Below are positions 1 to 11,526 of a stretch of 64,000 bases of DNA, in pieces. Position numbers and translations under genes: made by a program. The notes beneath the pieces were generated by a model that was not told the origin of the DNA, did not search any database, and saw nothing but the letters and a program-made list of their open reading frames with translations. Origin of the DNA: an uncultured delta proteobacterium (lineage in GTDB: Bacteria; Desulfobacterota; Binatia; Binatales; Binataceae). The stretch spans positions 32,001-96,000 of the forward strand of contig CAVXXK010000003.1 of NCBI GenBank assembly GCA_963765675.1. The letters run 5' to 3'. Each line of letters begins with the position of its first letter. Position 1 is the first letter of the stretch.

Positions 1-1810
1 CAAGGGACCCGTCGGGCTCGCGCTGCCGGGCATGGTCGCGCTCGTCTGGATCATCATCGAACGGCGCTGGGATTTGTTGCGATCGCTTAAACTCGTTCGA
101 GGCGCGATCGTGGTCGCGATTATCGGCGGCGGATGGTACGCGGCTGCGATCTACATCGGCGGCATGAGCTTCGTGCGCAAGCAGCTTATCGGCGAGAATC
201 TGGTCCGCTTCGTCGGCGGCGCAAGCTTCCACGAGGGCCACGCGCATCCGTTTATCTACGTCGAACTCGCCCTGATCATGGGCTTCCTGCCGTGGACCAT
301 CCTGCTGGCAGTCGCCGCGATCCGATCGATCCGCCGGCCGCTCGCGACGACCCCGCGCCTCGCCTACCTGATGACCTGGCTCATCGCGGTGCTGATCTTC
401 TACAACCTCGCGACCAGCAAACGGGGCGTGTACCTGCTCGCGATATATCCAGCCCTCGCGACGATTCTTGCGATCTATCTGAAGGACGCGATCACTCATC
501 CACATGAGAGCCAGTCCTTTACGACTTTCGCCGGATGGACCGCAGGCGGCGCGCTGGTCTCTGCCGGAGCGCTCGCGATCGTGAGCCTTGCAGTTCTGGC
601 GATCGCGCCGGCGGAAATGCGCTACTTCATGGCGTTCTGGGGAATCAGCGCTTCCGGTTTCGTGCCCGCGCTGCAGGCCTCGGTGCGCGAGCGATGGTTC
701 TCGGCGATGGCGATTCCGCTCGCGGTCGAAGTGCTGGGCTTCTATCTATGGCGCAACCCCGATTCGCTCGCGCGGCTCATCGGCGCAACCGCGGCCGCAA
801 CCGGATGCATCGCGCTCGCGGCGAACCTGGTCGTGGTTCCGGCGATAGCGAACACGCTGTCGCTGCGCGGCTTTACGATGCAGGTGATCAACACGATCGG
901 CCACGAACGCGTCGGCTATCTCGGAGCGCTCGACTACGACATCGCATTTTACAGCGGGATGAATATCCCGATCGTGCACGGCAGCGATCCCGACCTGCCG
1001 AATTATCTGATATGCTGGAGCTCGATGTATCGCAGCATGCCCGAGCGGCTGCGCCAGAGTTACGTGATCGCGATCAAGAGCAATCCGACCACGCTCGACG
1101 GCACCGACCCGATCGTCCTGTTGCGGCGCTCCACGCTTGCGCCCGCGCCCGGATCAAACGCCGTCGAGGTGCGATGGAACTCTCTTGGCGATTATCCGAT
1201 GAGCGACGCGCGCGCTGCCGGAAGCTCGGAAATCAGATCGTCGGCGATATATCCAACCGCGCCGATCCTCTTCGCGACGCGATCGGCCGCGTGGCCGTGG
1301 AGAAATACGCCCAACGCTAGCGCCTCGAACGGCTCCATCTTCGCCGCCATCAGCGCGCCGACAATTCCCGAGAGCGCATCGCCCATTCCCGGCGACGCCA
1401 TCCCGGGGTTGCCGCTCGAATTGACTGTCACCCGGCCGCTCGCATCGGCGATAACGGAGCGCGCGCCCTTGAGCAGTACCGTAGCGCCGGTAAGTTCCGC
1501 GAGCTTCTTCGCCGCACCGATTCGATTTGCGTTGACTTCCGCCGCGCTCGAGCCAAGCAGCCGCGCCATCTCGCCCGGATGCGGCGTCATCACCAGCGGA
1601 CCTGCGGCGCCGGCCGCCTTCGCGGGTCCGAGCGCGGCGAGGGCGTTCAAGCCGTCGGCGTCAATCAGCATCGGACGCTCGGGCGATGCTCCCTCGCGCA
1701 GCAGCCACATAAGGAGATCCTTGGTGTCGTCATTCATTCCAACGCCGGGGCCGAAAACGATCGCGCTCTTTCCCGCGAGCAGATGCGCCAGCGTCGCCGC
1801 CGCATCGTGA
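1..1810 (+). CDS. ArnT/PMT-like glycosyltransferase family 39 (5'-truncated by window edge; 3' end uncertain, recognisable homology ends near 1170-1200)
   Basis: KGPVGLALPG at nt 2, GHAHPFIY and SKRGVYLLAIYPALA motifs, many TM helices. Frame stays open 619 nt into antisense nnr. Confidence 0.75.
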   Translation, partial: KGPVGLALPGMVALVWIIIERRWDLLRSLKLVRGAIVVAIIGGGWYAAAIYIGGMSFVRKQLIGENLVRFVGGASFHEGHAHPFIYVELALIMGFLPWTILLAVAAIRSIRRPLATTPRLAYLMTWLIAVLIFYNLATSKRGVYLLAIYPALATILAIYLKDAITHPHESQSFTTFAGWTAGGALVSAGALAIVSLAVLAIAPAEMRYFMAFWGISASGFVPALQASVRERWFSAMAIPLAVEVLGFYLWRNPDSLARLIGATAAATGCIALAANLVVVPAIANTLSLRGFTMQVINTIGHERVGYLGALDYDIAFYSGMNIPIVHGSDPDLPNYLICWSSMYRSMPERLRQSYVIAIKSNPTTLDGTDPIVLLRRSTLAPAPGSNAVEVRWNSLGDYPMSDARAAGSSEIRSSAIYPTAPILFATRSAAWPWRNTPNASASNGSIFAAISAPTIPESASPIPGDAIPGLPLELTVTRPLASAITERAPLSSTVAPVSSASFFAAPIRFALTSAALEPSSRAISPGCGVITSGPAAPAAFAGPSAARAFKPSASISIGRSGDAPSRSSHIRRSLVSSFIPTPGPKTIALFPASRCASVAAAS

Positions 1811-2748
1811 CCGGCGAAGTGCCCTTCGCGCTCGGCGATCGCCTCGGTCATCATCTCCGCCTGCGCGCTCGCGACGATCGCCTGGATCGATTCGGGAATT
1901 GCCGTCGTCACCAATCCGGCTCCCGCACGCAGCGCGGCGCGCGAGGCGAGGATCGCGGCGCCGGATTTTCCGCGGCTGCCGGCGATTATGATCGGATGCC
2001 CGAAATTTCCCTTGTTCGCATCGATCGCGCGCGGCTTCAGATGGGCACGTGCGTCGCCGGTTTGATAGAACCGTCCGCGCGGCGCAATCTCGCGAATCGC
2101 CTCGGCCGCAAATCCGATCTCCGCGATCGCAAGCTCTCCGCAATGTTCCGCACCCGGATAGGAAACGTGCCCGAACTTCGCGTAACCGAAGGTGACCGAG
2201 AGCGCGGCGCGCACCGCCGCGCCCATGATCGCGCCGTTGTCGGAATCGACGCCAGACGCGATATCGACCGCCACGATCGGCGCGCCGAGCGAGTTCATCC
2301 GCTCGATCGCGGCGCGCGCAACTCCGCGTACAGGAGCGTTAAGCCCGGTGCCGAAAATTCCATCGACGATCGCGCCCGGCCGCGTCCCGTATGCCGCATC
2401 CAGATCGGATTCTTCAGGCGCCTGCACGATCACGCCGCCCGCGCCGATCAATTCGTCATGCGCACGCAGCGCGTCGCCCTTCAAATCGCGGCCCCATCCG
2501 AGCAGCGCGACCCGAACCTGAACTCCGCGCTGGCCAAGCCGCCGCGCCGCGACCATCGCGTCGCCGCCGTTGTTGCCTTTGCCGCATACGGCGAGCACAC
2601 CGGCGCGAGCCGCGTCGGGGAAGTGATCGAGAAGCTTATCGGCAACCGCCTCGCCCGCTCGGGTCATGAGCGCATACGAATCGACGCCGTATTTTTCCTG
2701 GCTGAGCCGATCGAGTTCGCGGCTTTCGGCAGCGGTGAGAAGAATCAT
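1192..2748 (-). CDS. nnr: Bifunctional NAD(P)H-hydrate epimerase/dehydratase (YjeF)
   Basis: CGKGNNGGD, DGIFGTG, VAVDIASG, GPGVG, DADGLN, TPHPGEM and GMGDALSG motifs. Start placed at MILLTAAE. Confidence 0.93.
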   Translation of the reverse strand: MILLTAAESRELDRLSQEKYGVDSYALMTRAGEAVADKLLDHFPDAARAGVLAVCGKGNNGGDAMVAARRLGQRGVQVRVALLGWGRDLKGDALRAHDELIGAGGVIVQAPEESDLDAAYGTRPGAIVDGIFGTGLNAPVRGVARAAIERMNSLGAPIVAVDIASGVDSDNGAIMGAAVRAALSVTFGYAKFGHVSYPGAEHCGELAIAEIGFAAEAIREIAPRGRFYQTGDARAHLKPRAIDANKGNFGHPIIIAGSRGKSGAAILASRAALRAGAGLVTTAIPESIQAIVASAQAEMMTEAIAEREGHFAGHDAAATLAHLLAGKSAIVFGPGVGMNDDTKDLLMWLLREGASPERPMLIDADGLNALAALGPAKAAGAAGPLVMTPHPGEMARLLGSSAAEVNANRIGAAKKLAELTGATVLLKGARSVIADASGRVTVNSSGNPGMASPGMGDALSGIVGALMAAKMEPFEALALGVFLHGHAADRVAKRIGAVGYIADDLISELPAARASLIG

Positions 2749-2815
2749 CGTGGCACGCTCGATGGCGATCTTAGCAAAGCCGCGTCGGCGCCGCATCGCG
2801 CAACGAAAGCCCCTT

Positions 2816-3077
2816 TGCCATTGAGCCGGTGCGCTCGGCGAGAAATCTTGGTGTGGCCGTGCCCGAGCCAACGCGACATGAAGCGGCCCGCCGCCCGGGA
2901 TTTCTCCCTTCGGTCGAAATGACGGTTGAGGTTTCAGTGCATGAATGTCGGGGCCTCAGTACCGTCCTCAATACCTATCACCTCAGCATCACTCACATTC
3001 GTCATTTCGAGCGAGAGCGGCCGGTCGCGAAGATTCGTGCGCCTCACGTCGAGCGGGCACACGCGGCGAGAAATCCC
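2816..3077. repeat. REP-like repeat cluster (GTCATT.../...AATGAC family)
   Basis: GCGAGAAATCT (to 2848), GGGATTTCTCCCTTCGGTCGAAATGAC (2897-2923) and GTCATTTCGAGCG...GCGAGAAATCCC (3001-3077). Confidence 0.6.
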
Positions 3078-3154
3078 GAGGCGGCCATGCTCCAAAACCG
3101 CGGACGCCGCGGTTGCCTCGCGGCGCACGTTCGAGTGAAGTTGCACTATCTGCG

Positions 3155-3922
3155 ATGGTCAAGCTGAGCGTCAACGTCAACAAGATTGCGGTACTGCGCA
3201 ACTCACGCGGAGGCGATCGGCCGAGCGTGCTCGAGGCCGCACGTGTCGCGATCGGCGCAGGATGCCACGGGATCACAGTCCATCCGCGCCCCGACGCCCG
3301 GCATATCACAACCCAGGATGTTCTCGATCTCGCCGCGATGCTCGCGGCGGAATTCCGGCAGGTCGAATTCAATATCGAAGGTTATCCTGGCCCCGAGTTC
3401 CTCGACCTGGTGACGCGCGTGCGGCCGACGCAGTGCACGATGGTTCCCGATCCGCCGGGAGTTCTCACCTCGAACGCGGGATGGAATCTCGTCTCTGGCG
3501 CCGAATGGCTGCGCGGCGTGATAGAGCGGCTGCGCGCGAGCGGAATTCGCACGAGCCTGTTTATTGAAGCCGACCCCGACGCGGCCATTCGCGCGCGAGA
3601 GCTCGGCGCCGATCGCATCGAGCTGTACACGGGACCTTATGCACACGCATTCGGAACCGCCGCGGGCCGCAAGATCCTCGCGATGCATCGCGAGGCCGCG
3701 CGCGCCGCGCATCGAGCCGGGCTGGGCGTGAATGCGGGACACGATTTGAACCTCGCGAATATTCCGGCGTACGTGAAGGCGCTTCCGAACCTCGACGAGA
3801 CCTCGATTGGCCATGCGCTGATTTCCGACGCGATTTATATCGGATTGGAAAAGGCGGTGAGAGCCTATCTGCGCGCGCTCGGTTCACGCCCGCTGCGCGC
3901 CACTGCGAAACGCAAGCGGTAG
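3155..3922 (+). CDS. pdxJ: Pyridoxine 5'-phosphate synthase
   Basis: LSVNVNKIAVLRNSRG, GITVHPRPDARHI, IELYTGPY, VNAGHDL and SIGHALI motifs. Confidence 0.95.
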   Translation: MVKLSVNVNKIAVLRNSRGGDRPSVLEAARVAIGAGCHGITVHPRPDARHITTQDVLDLAAMLAAEFRQVEFNIEGYPGPEFLDLVTRVRPTQCTMVPDPPGVLTSNAGWNLVSGAEWLRGVIERLRASGIRTSLFIEADPDAAIRARELGADRIELYTGPYAHAFGTAAGRKILAMHREAARAAHRAGLGVNAGHDLNLANIPAYVKALPNLDETSIGHALISDAIYIGLEKAVRAYLRALGSRPLRATAKRKR

Positions 3923-3935
3923 AAATCTCGATCGC

Positions 3936-5303
3936 CTATTCGGCGCCGACCTGGCGGTGGATCGCGGCGCCGATCTCTTTGGCCAGCGCTTCGATCATCG
4001 AGGCGTCTTCGCCCTCGACCATCACCCGCGCCAGCATCTCGGTGCCGGAGTATCGCACCAGCAGACGCCCCGACGCGCCCAGCTTGCGCTCGGCTTCGGC
4101 GATCGCGCGGCGCACGGCGGGCATGTCGTCGATCGGCGTGCGTTTGCTCACGCGGATATTTTCCATCGTCTGCGGCACGCGGCGCATCGCGCGCAGCTCG
4201 GAGAGCGGCTTTCCGCTTTCGGCCATGATCGTCAGGACCAGCAGCGCGGTGATCAGACCGTCGCCGGTGGTCGAGTAGTCCATGCAGATGACGTGGCCCG
4301 ATTGCTCGCCGCCCAGGTTGTACGAATTGGCGCGCATCTCGCGCGCGACCGAAGGATCGCCAACCTCCGTCCGCACGAGCCTCACGCCCGCGCGCGCGAG
4401 CGCCTGCTCGAGACCGAAGTTGCTGAGCACAGTCGCGACCACGGTATTTGCCGCAAGGCGTCCCTGCGCCGCCATCGTGATGCCGAGCAGCGCCATCGCG
4501 TCGTCGCCGTCGAAGACCTCGCCCTTCTCATCGATCAGCATCACGCGATCGCCGTCGCCGTCGAGCGCAATTCCAACTTGCGCGCGCTCGCTCACGACCG
4601 CCGCGCGGATACCGTCGAGATGCATCGCGCCGCATTCGTGGTTGATATTGATTCCGTCGGGCTCCGCGCCGCGCGTAATCACGTCCACGCCGAGCTCCTC
4701 GAGCACGTCCGGCCCGACCTTGTAGGCGGCACCGTTGGCGCAGTCGATCACGATCTTGAGCCCCTCAAAACCGGCCGTGCGCGGCACGCAGGTCTTGAGG
4801 AAGACCAGGTAACGGCCGAGCGCGTCATCTATACGCGCGGCTTTGCCGATATCTCCGTTAGTAGCGCGATGCTTCGCGAGGGCGCCGTCGTCAAAGACCA
4901 GCTCCTCGATGCGGCTTTCGGTCGCGTCGTCAAGCTTGAAGCCCTCGCGCGAGAAGAACTTGATACCGTTGTCTTCAAACGGATTGTGCGAGGCCGAGAT
5001 CACGACGCCCGCGTCGGCGCGCATGCTGCGGGTCAGGAACGCGATCCCCGGCGTCGGCAGCGGTCCGACCAGCCACACGTCAACGCCCATCGAGCAGATT
5101 CCCGACGCCATCGCGGTCTCCAGCATGTAGCCCGAAAGGCGCGTGTCCTTGCCGATCAGAATCCGGCGATGCCGTCCGCTCGAATGGCGAAACACGTACG
5201 CGAGTGCGCGGCCGAGCTTGAGCGCGGTTTCCGAGGTTATCGGCTCGACGTTGGCGACCCCGCGCACGCCGTCGGTGCCGAAGAGTTTACGATGCTTTGT
5301 CAT
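3936..5303 (-). CDS. glmM: Phosphoglucosamine mutase
   Basis: FGTDGVRG, ISASHNP, DGDGDR, GGEQSGH and VRYSGTE motifs. Confidence 0.97.
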   Translation of the reverse strand: MTKHRKLFGTDGVRGVANVEPITSETALKLGRALAYVFRHSSGRHRRILIGKDTRLSGYMLETAMASGICSMGVDVWLVGPLPTPGIAFLTRSMRADAGVVISASHNPFEDNGIKFFSREGFKLDDATESRIEELVFDDGALAKHRATNGDIGKAARIDDALGRYLVFLKTCVPRTAGFEGLKIVIDCANGAAYKVGPDVLEELGVDVITRGAEPDGININHECGAMHLDGIRAAVVSERAQVGIALDGDGDRVMLIDEKGEVFDGDDAMALLGITMAAQGRLAANTVVATVLSNFGLEQALARAGVRLVRTEVGDPSVAREMRANSYNLGGEQSGHVICMDYSTTGDGLITALLVLTIMAESGKPLSELRAMRRVPQTMENIRVSKRTPIDDMPAVRRAIAEAERKLGASGRLLVRYSGTEMLARVMVEGEDASMIEALAKEIGAAIHRQVGAE

Positions 5304-6264
5304 CGACGATATCCGTACGCTTCTGGTGATAAATTCTGAGCTTTACCTTGGCCGGCTGCTGCTTCACGAGTTGCATGCCGTCGGGCAGATCAACCTCGAG
5401 CGGCAATTCGATCAACCCGGGAGTGCCTCCCTGCGCGTCCACATAGACTATGCCGGTCGGGTCAAGGCTTGCGAGCTTCTGGATCGGACCGCGAACCGTA
5501 ATCGTGGCCTTGCCGGGTTCGACTCGCGATTTGAAATCTGTATCGCGCACTTCGACGTCAATGTCGCGAAACTCGCGGCTGACGATTTGGTCTCCAATAT
5601 CGACCTTCGCCAGCACGCGCACCACCGCGAGGCGAACTTCCTCGCCCGGATCCTGGATCCCGACCACGCGCTCGAGATCGGCGTCTGCCCCATGCACGTC
5701 GAACGGATCGGTCTCGGCGCGGACCAGCGGTGCAACGAATCGGCTCGGCCCGCTCACCGACACGGTGGCCGGCTGCAGCTCGACGGAATTAATCTGATAG
5801 CCCTTTGCGACCGGCCCGGTCAGGTTCAGATGGACCGGCAGGTCGCGGCTGATGACCCGGTCGATATCGATTTGCGCCTCATCGGGAGTCACGCGCGTGA
5901 CCGTGGTCCGCGGTGGGACCGCGAACAGGTTCGGACCAATCTTGAAATCGGTATGGCCGATCGGCACCCCGGTCAGATCCAGGCGCAGCGTCAGGCGTTC
6001 AGGGTCGAGGAGCGACAGCAGAGTGCGCGATCCCGCCACTTCGATCTTAACGAAATCGGGCGGATGGTTGATTATCACGTAGCCTGCGGGCAGCGAACGG
6101 TAGCTGACCGGGACGGCGAGCGTCACGACCGCGTTGCGCTGCCCCGCGTTGACAAACATCCACAGTCCAATGGCGAGCAGCAGCGCGATCGCGCGCAGCC
6201 CGGCATTACGGCGCAGATGCTTGCGCAGCTCGCTCCAGTTGATCAATTTGCGCAGTCGATCCAT
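5287..6264 (-). CDS. cdaR: YbbR-domain diadenylate cyclase regulator
   Basis: N-terminal TM (LLAIGLWMFV) followed by repeated beta-rich YbbR-like domains. Lies between cdaA and glmM. Confidence 0.85.
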   Translation of the reverse strand: MDRLRKLINWSELRKHLRRNAGLRAIALLLAIGLWMFVNAGQRNAVVTLAVPVSYRSLPAGYVIINHPPDFVKIEVAGSRTLLSLLDPERLTLRLDLTGVPIGHTDFKIGPNLFAVPPRTTVTRVTPDEAQIDIDRVISRDLPVHLNLTGPVAKGYQINSVELQPATVSVSGPSRFVAPLVRAETDPFDVHGADADLERVVGIQDPGEEVRLAVVRVLAKVDIGDQIVSREFRDIDVEVRDTDFKSRVEPGKATITVRGPIQKLASLDPTGIVYVDAQGGTPGLIELPLEVDLPDGMQLVKQQPAKVKLRIYHQKRTDIVDDKAS

Positions 6265-6302
6265 CGCTCGATGTCCCGCGCCACCCGCCCCACCGTCGGC
6301 GT

Positions 6303-7055
6303 CTACGCCGGCAGGCTCCTAAGTGTGTTCAAGACCGCCGCCGGTTCGAGCCCACGCTCGAGCCGCCCTTCGCGCGCGATCGAGATGGTGCCATCTTCTT
6401 CGGACACCACCAGCACGATCGCGTCGCAATCTTCCGTCATCCCGATCGCGGCGCGATGCCGCGTGCCGAGCGCCAGGCTGACGTTCGGATTCGAGGACAG
6501 CGGCAGCACGCACGCCGCCGCCAGGATCTGGTCACCCTTGATAATCACCGCACCGTCATGCAGCGGTGAGCCGCGCATGAAGATCGTCTCGATCAGCTCG
6601 GGCGATACTCGGCCATAGATAAGGCGGCCGCTCTCCATAAATTCGTTGAGGCCGTCTTCCTGCTCGATCACTATCAGCGCCCCGATCCGGCGCGCCGCGA
6701 GCCATGCTGCCGCGGTGGCCAGCTCCTCGGCCGCACTCGAGGCGGGAGCGCGCGGTCCGAAAAACGACTGCGCGCCAACCCGGGTCAGCGCGCGGCGGAT
6801 ATCGGCCTGGAAAATCACCACCAGGATCACGAACAATGATCCGAGAAAATTGTTCAGTAGCCAGTTGAGCGTGAACAGTCCAAGTATCTGCGAGGCCACG
6901 AACGCGACCCCGACGATCACCAGCCCCAGCACCATCTGCATCGTGCGCGTGCCGCGGATCAGCAGCGCGATGCGGTAAATCACGTAGGCGACGATCAGGA
7001 CATCCACGATGTCCTGCCATCGGGGTACCGGAATCGCCGGCAGGTAATTCGGCAT
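6303..7055 (-). CDS. cdaA: Diadenylate cyclase (CdaA/DacA)
   Basis: Three TM helices, IFQADIRRAL, SPLHDGA and GTRHRAA motifs. Confidence 0.95.
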   Translation of the reverse strand: MPNYLPAIPVPRWQDIVDVLIVAYVIYRIALLIRGTRTMQMVLGLVIVGVAFVASQILGLFTLNWLLNNFLGSLFVILVVIFQADIRRALTRVGAQSFFGPRAPASSAAEELATAAAWLAARRIGALIVIEQEDGLNEFMESGRLIYGRVSPELIETIFMRGSPLHDGAVIIKGDQILAAACVLPLSSNPNVSLALGTRHRAAIGMTEDCDAIVLVVSEEDGTISIAREGRLERGLEPAAVLNTLRSLPA

Positions 7056-7064
7056 CGAGTTTGC

Positions 7065-7997
7065 CTACCTTCGGCGACGCTCGCGAATCGCCGCCGCCAT
7101 CCTCACCACCGCCCGCGCTGCGCCCGGGTCATGCACCCTGACGATCGACGCGCCCGCTGCGACCGCAAGCGCGTCGGCGGCCGCAGTCCCAAATTCGATA
7201 TCGCGCTCCGAACCACCGGCAATCCGCCGGATGAAGCTCTTGCGCGAAGATCCTACCATTAGGGGATAGCCGACCGCGGCAAGGCGGGGCAAGGCGTCGA
7301 GCAGAGCCAGATTATGACGCGCGGTCTTGGCGAACCCGATTCCGGGGTCGAGGATAATTCGCGAGCGCGCGACTCCGGCGCGGACCGCAGCCTCCGCCCG
7401 AGCAATGAGGTACGCGATCACCTCGCCCGTAACGTCGCGGTAGCGCGCAAACTTCAGGTGATCCTCGGCGCCGCCGCGCATATGCATCAGCACGACCGGC
7501 ACGCCCGCTCGCGCCGCGACCGACGCCATCGCGGGGTCGTACTCGAACGCGCTTATATCATTGATTATCGTGGCGCCCGCCTCGATCGCGCGCGCCGCAA
7601 CGGCGGACTTGCGCGTGTCGATCGAGATCGGAATGCGGAGCTTCGCCGCGAGCGCCTCGACCACCGGGATCACGCGGCGCAGTTCCTCTTCGACGGCGAC
7701 GGTGCGTGCCCCGCCGGGCCGCGTCGATTCTCCGCCAATATCGATAATGCCGGCGCCGTGCGCCTCCATCGCGAGGCCGTGCTCGATCGCGCGAGTGGGG
7801 TCAAAGTAGCGGCCGCCGTCGGAGAACGAGTCGGGCGTGACATTGAGCACGCCCATGACCGCGGGGAAAAGGATTATCCGGCCGTCGCGCAGACGCATTC
7901 GCTTGGGCAGCGGCTGGACGCGTGGCCGCGCGGACTTGACTACGCGCAATTTGGGACTGCGTGGATTGCCGCGGGAATTATCGGATACGAGCCGCAT
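7065..7997 (-). CDS. folP: Dihydropteroate synthase
   Basis: MGVLNVTPDSFSDGG, IGGESTRPG, DPGIGF, SRKSF and IVRVHD motifs. Start uncertain (7997 or 7898). Confidence 0.95.
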   Translation of the reverse strand: MRLVSDNSRGNPRSPKLRVVKSARPRVQPLPKRMRLRDGRIILFPAVMGVLNVTPDSFSDGGRYFDPTRAIEHGLAMEAHGAGIIDIGGESTRPGGARTVAVEEELRRVIPVVEALAAKLRIPISIDTRKSAVAARAIEAGATIINDISAFEYDPAMASVAARAGVPVVLMHMRGGAEDHLKFARYRDVTGEVIAYLIARAEAAVRAGVARSRIILDPGIGFAKTARHNLALLDALPRLAAVGYPLMVGSSRKSFIRRIAGGSERDIEFGTAAADALAVAAGASIVRVHDPGAARAVVRMAAAIRERRRR

Positions 7998-8055
7998 TCG
8001 CGAGCTTCCATCTAGCCCGCCGCACGCAAAGCGGAGCTCGGGTTGCCCGCAGAGG

Positions 8056-9987
<1,932 letters not shown>

Positions 9988-10038
9988 CCCCATCAAAATC
10001 GTACCATGCTCGCTAAATCTGGCGCAACGTCGTTCTCA

Positions 10039-11439
10039 TCAGTTTGACGAGTTTTCGCGCGCCGAAATTCGCACCGCCGTCTCGCTGGCCGGCGTCAGAA
10101 GCCCCCGTTCGGATCGCACTACTCCCGGGATCCATACAATCTCATCTGCGGCGACGACGATAGGAACTCGAGCGCGACGCTCCCGCGCCAGCTTCGAGTC
10201 TATCAGAACCTCCTTGACCTTGCGCCTGCCATTCATCCCGATCGGCCGCACGCGATCTCCGGGGATAAAGTTGCGCACGAATAGCCCCGTTGTCGCAATC
10301 TCCGCAAGATCGAACACCGCGGTATTCTTATCGCCAGGCATATTCGATTTGGCTTCCTCTGCGGCGACAATCACCGAATCGAAAGTATAGCCCGACTCCT
10401 CGACAACGGTTGTCCCTTCGAGCGCGAGCGGGACCGAAAACTCGCGCGCGATTCGCCGGGTCTTTTGCGTCACGCGAAGCCGCGAGTATTCGCGCACCGC
10501 GCGCCATCCGCTGGGTAGGGAGATTTCGCCATTCGGCGGACCTTCCATGATTAGCGCGACCATCGCTTCCAGATGCGCCCGTCCGATCCGGCGCAGACTA
10601 CCGATTCGCTCGATGACAAATGCGCGCAACACCGGAGTCCGCAGAGCAGCGTCGAGCGAGGCAAACCGCGCCAGGTCCAGCTCGCCGCCGGCCGTGCGCA
10701 TCGCATCGAGCGCGCGCATCGCCTCGCGCGTGACGTACGCGTCGAGCACACGCATTTCGCCGGAGAGCTCGGCCAGCCGCGCACCAACGCCGGGAGCATA
10801 GCCCTCGAGGATCGGAATCAGTTCATGTCGGATACGATTGCGCATCAACGCGGCAGAGTCGTTGCTGCTGTCCTCGACAAATAAGGCGCCGATAGCGCGC
10901 AAATAAGCGCGGATATCCTCGCGCGAGAGAGACAGCATCGGGCGCATGATTCGATAGGGTCCCGCCTCGTCCATCGCACCCAGCCCGGCGATTCCCGCGC
11001 CGCGCAGCATCCGCAGCAGAACAGTCTCCGCCTGGTCATCGCGATGATGCCCCAGCGCGACATGCTTCGCTCCCAGCCGCTCGGCAGTGCGGCGCAGAAA
11101 GTCGTGACGCGCGTCGCGCGCAGCTTCCTCGAGGTTCGGCATCGCAGCGTCGAGCCCCTCAGCGCGCTCGACAATCAGATCGATCCCGAGCCGCGCACAG
11201 AGCTCGCGCACGAACGCCTCATCGCGCTCGGACTCTGCTCCACGAATGCGATGATTCAGATGCGCCGCCGCAAGCCGATAGCCGAACGAGTCGCGCAGAT
11301 CGAGCAGCGCATGCAGCATCGCGACCGAATCCGCCCCGCCCGAAAGCGCGACGAGAATCATAGAATCGCGGCTGACGCGCACGCGCTCAAGCGAGCGCGA
11401 AATCGCGCTCAGAACGGTATTTCGAGGGCTCGTCCGCAT
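10039..11439 (-). CDS. tilS: tRNA(Ile)-lysidine synthase
   Basis: SGGADS, HLNHRIR, GHHRDDQAET, DSSN and RNRIRH motifs plus C-terminal TilS domain. Confidence 0.95.
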   Translation of the reverse strand: MRTSPRNTVLSAISRSLERVRVSRDSMILVALSGGADSVAMLHALLDLRDSFGYRLAAAHLNHRIRGAESERDEAFVRELCARLGIDLIVERAEGLDAAMPNLEEAARDARHDFLRRTAERLGAKHVALGHHRDDQAETVLLRMLRGAGIAGLGAMDEAGPYRIMRPMLSLSREDIRAYLRAIGALFVEDSSNDSAALMRNRIRHELIPILEGYAPGVGARLAELSGEMRVLDAYVTREAMRALDAMRTAGGELDLARFASLDAALRTPVLRAFVIERIGSLRRIGRAHLEAMVALIMEGPPNGEISLPSGWRAVREYSRLRVTQKTRRIAREFSVPLALEGTTVVEESGYTFDSVIVAAEEAKSNMPGDKNTAVFDLAEIATTGLFVRNFIPGDRVRPIGMNGRRKVKEVLIDSKLARERRARVPIVVAADEIVWIPGVVRSERGLLTPASETAVRISARENSSN

Positions 11440-11526
11440 CGTGAGCCAAAGGCTATTCCGCCGCACATCGCGCGGCAATGTACCGGATCATAGAACGTCC
11501 GTTCGCAGTCTGGTAACTGACAGTCG

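Noticed and set aside
2751-2766. TGGCACG sigma54-like site
   Set aside because: The -12 position reads GG rather than GC at the required spacing, and the site is ~400 nt from pdxJ.
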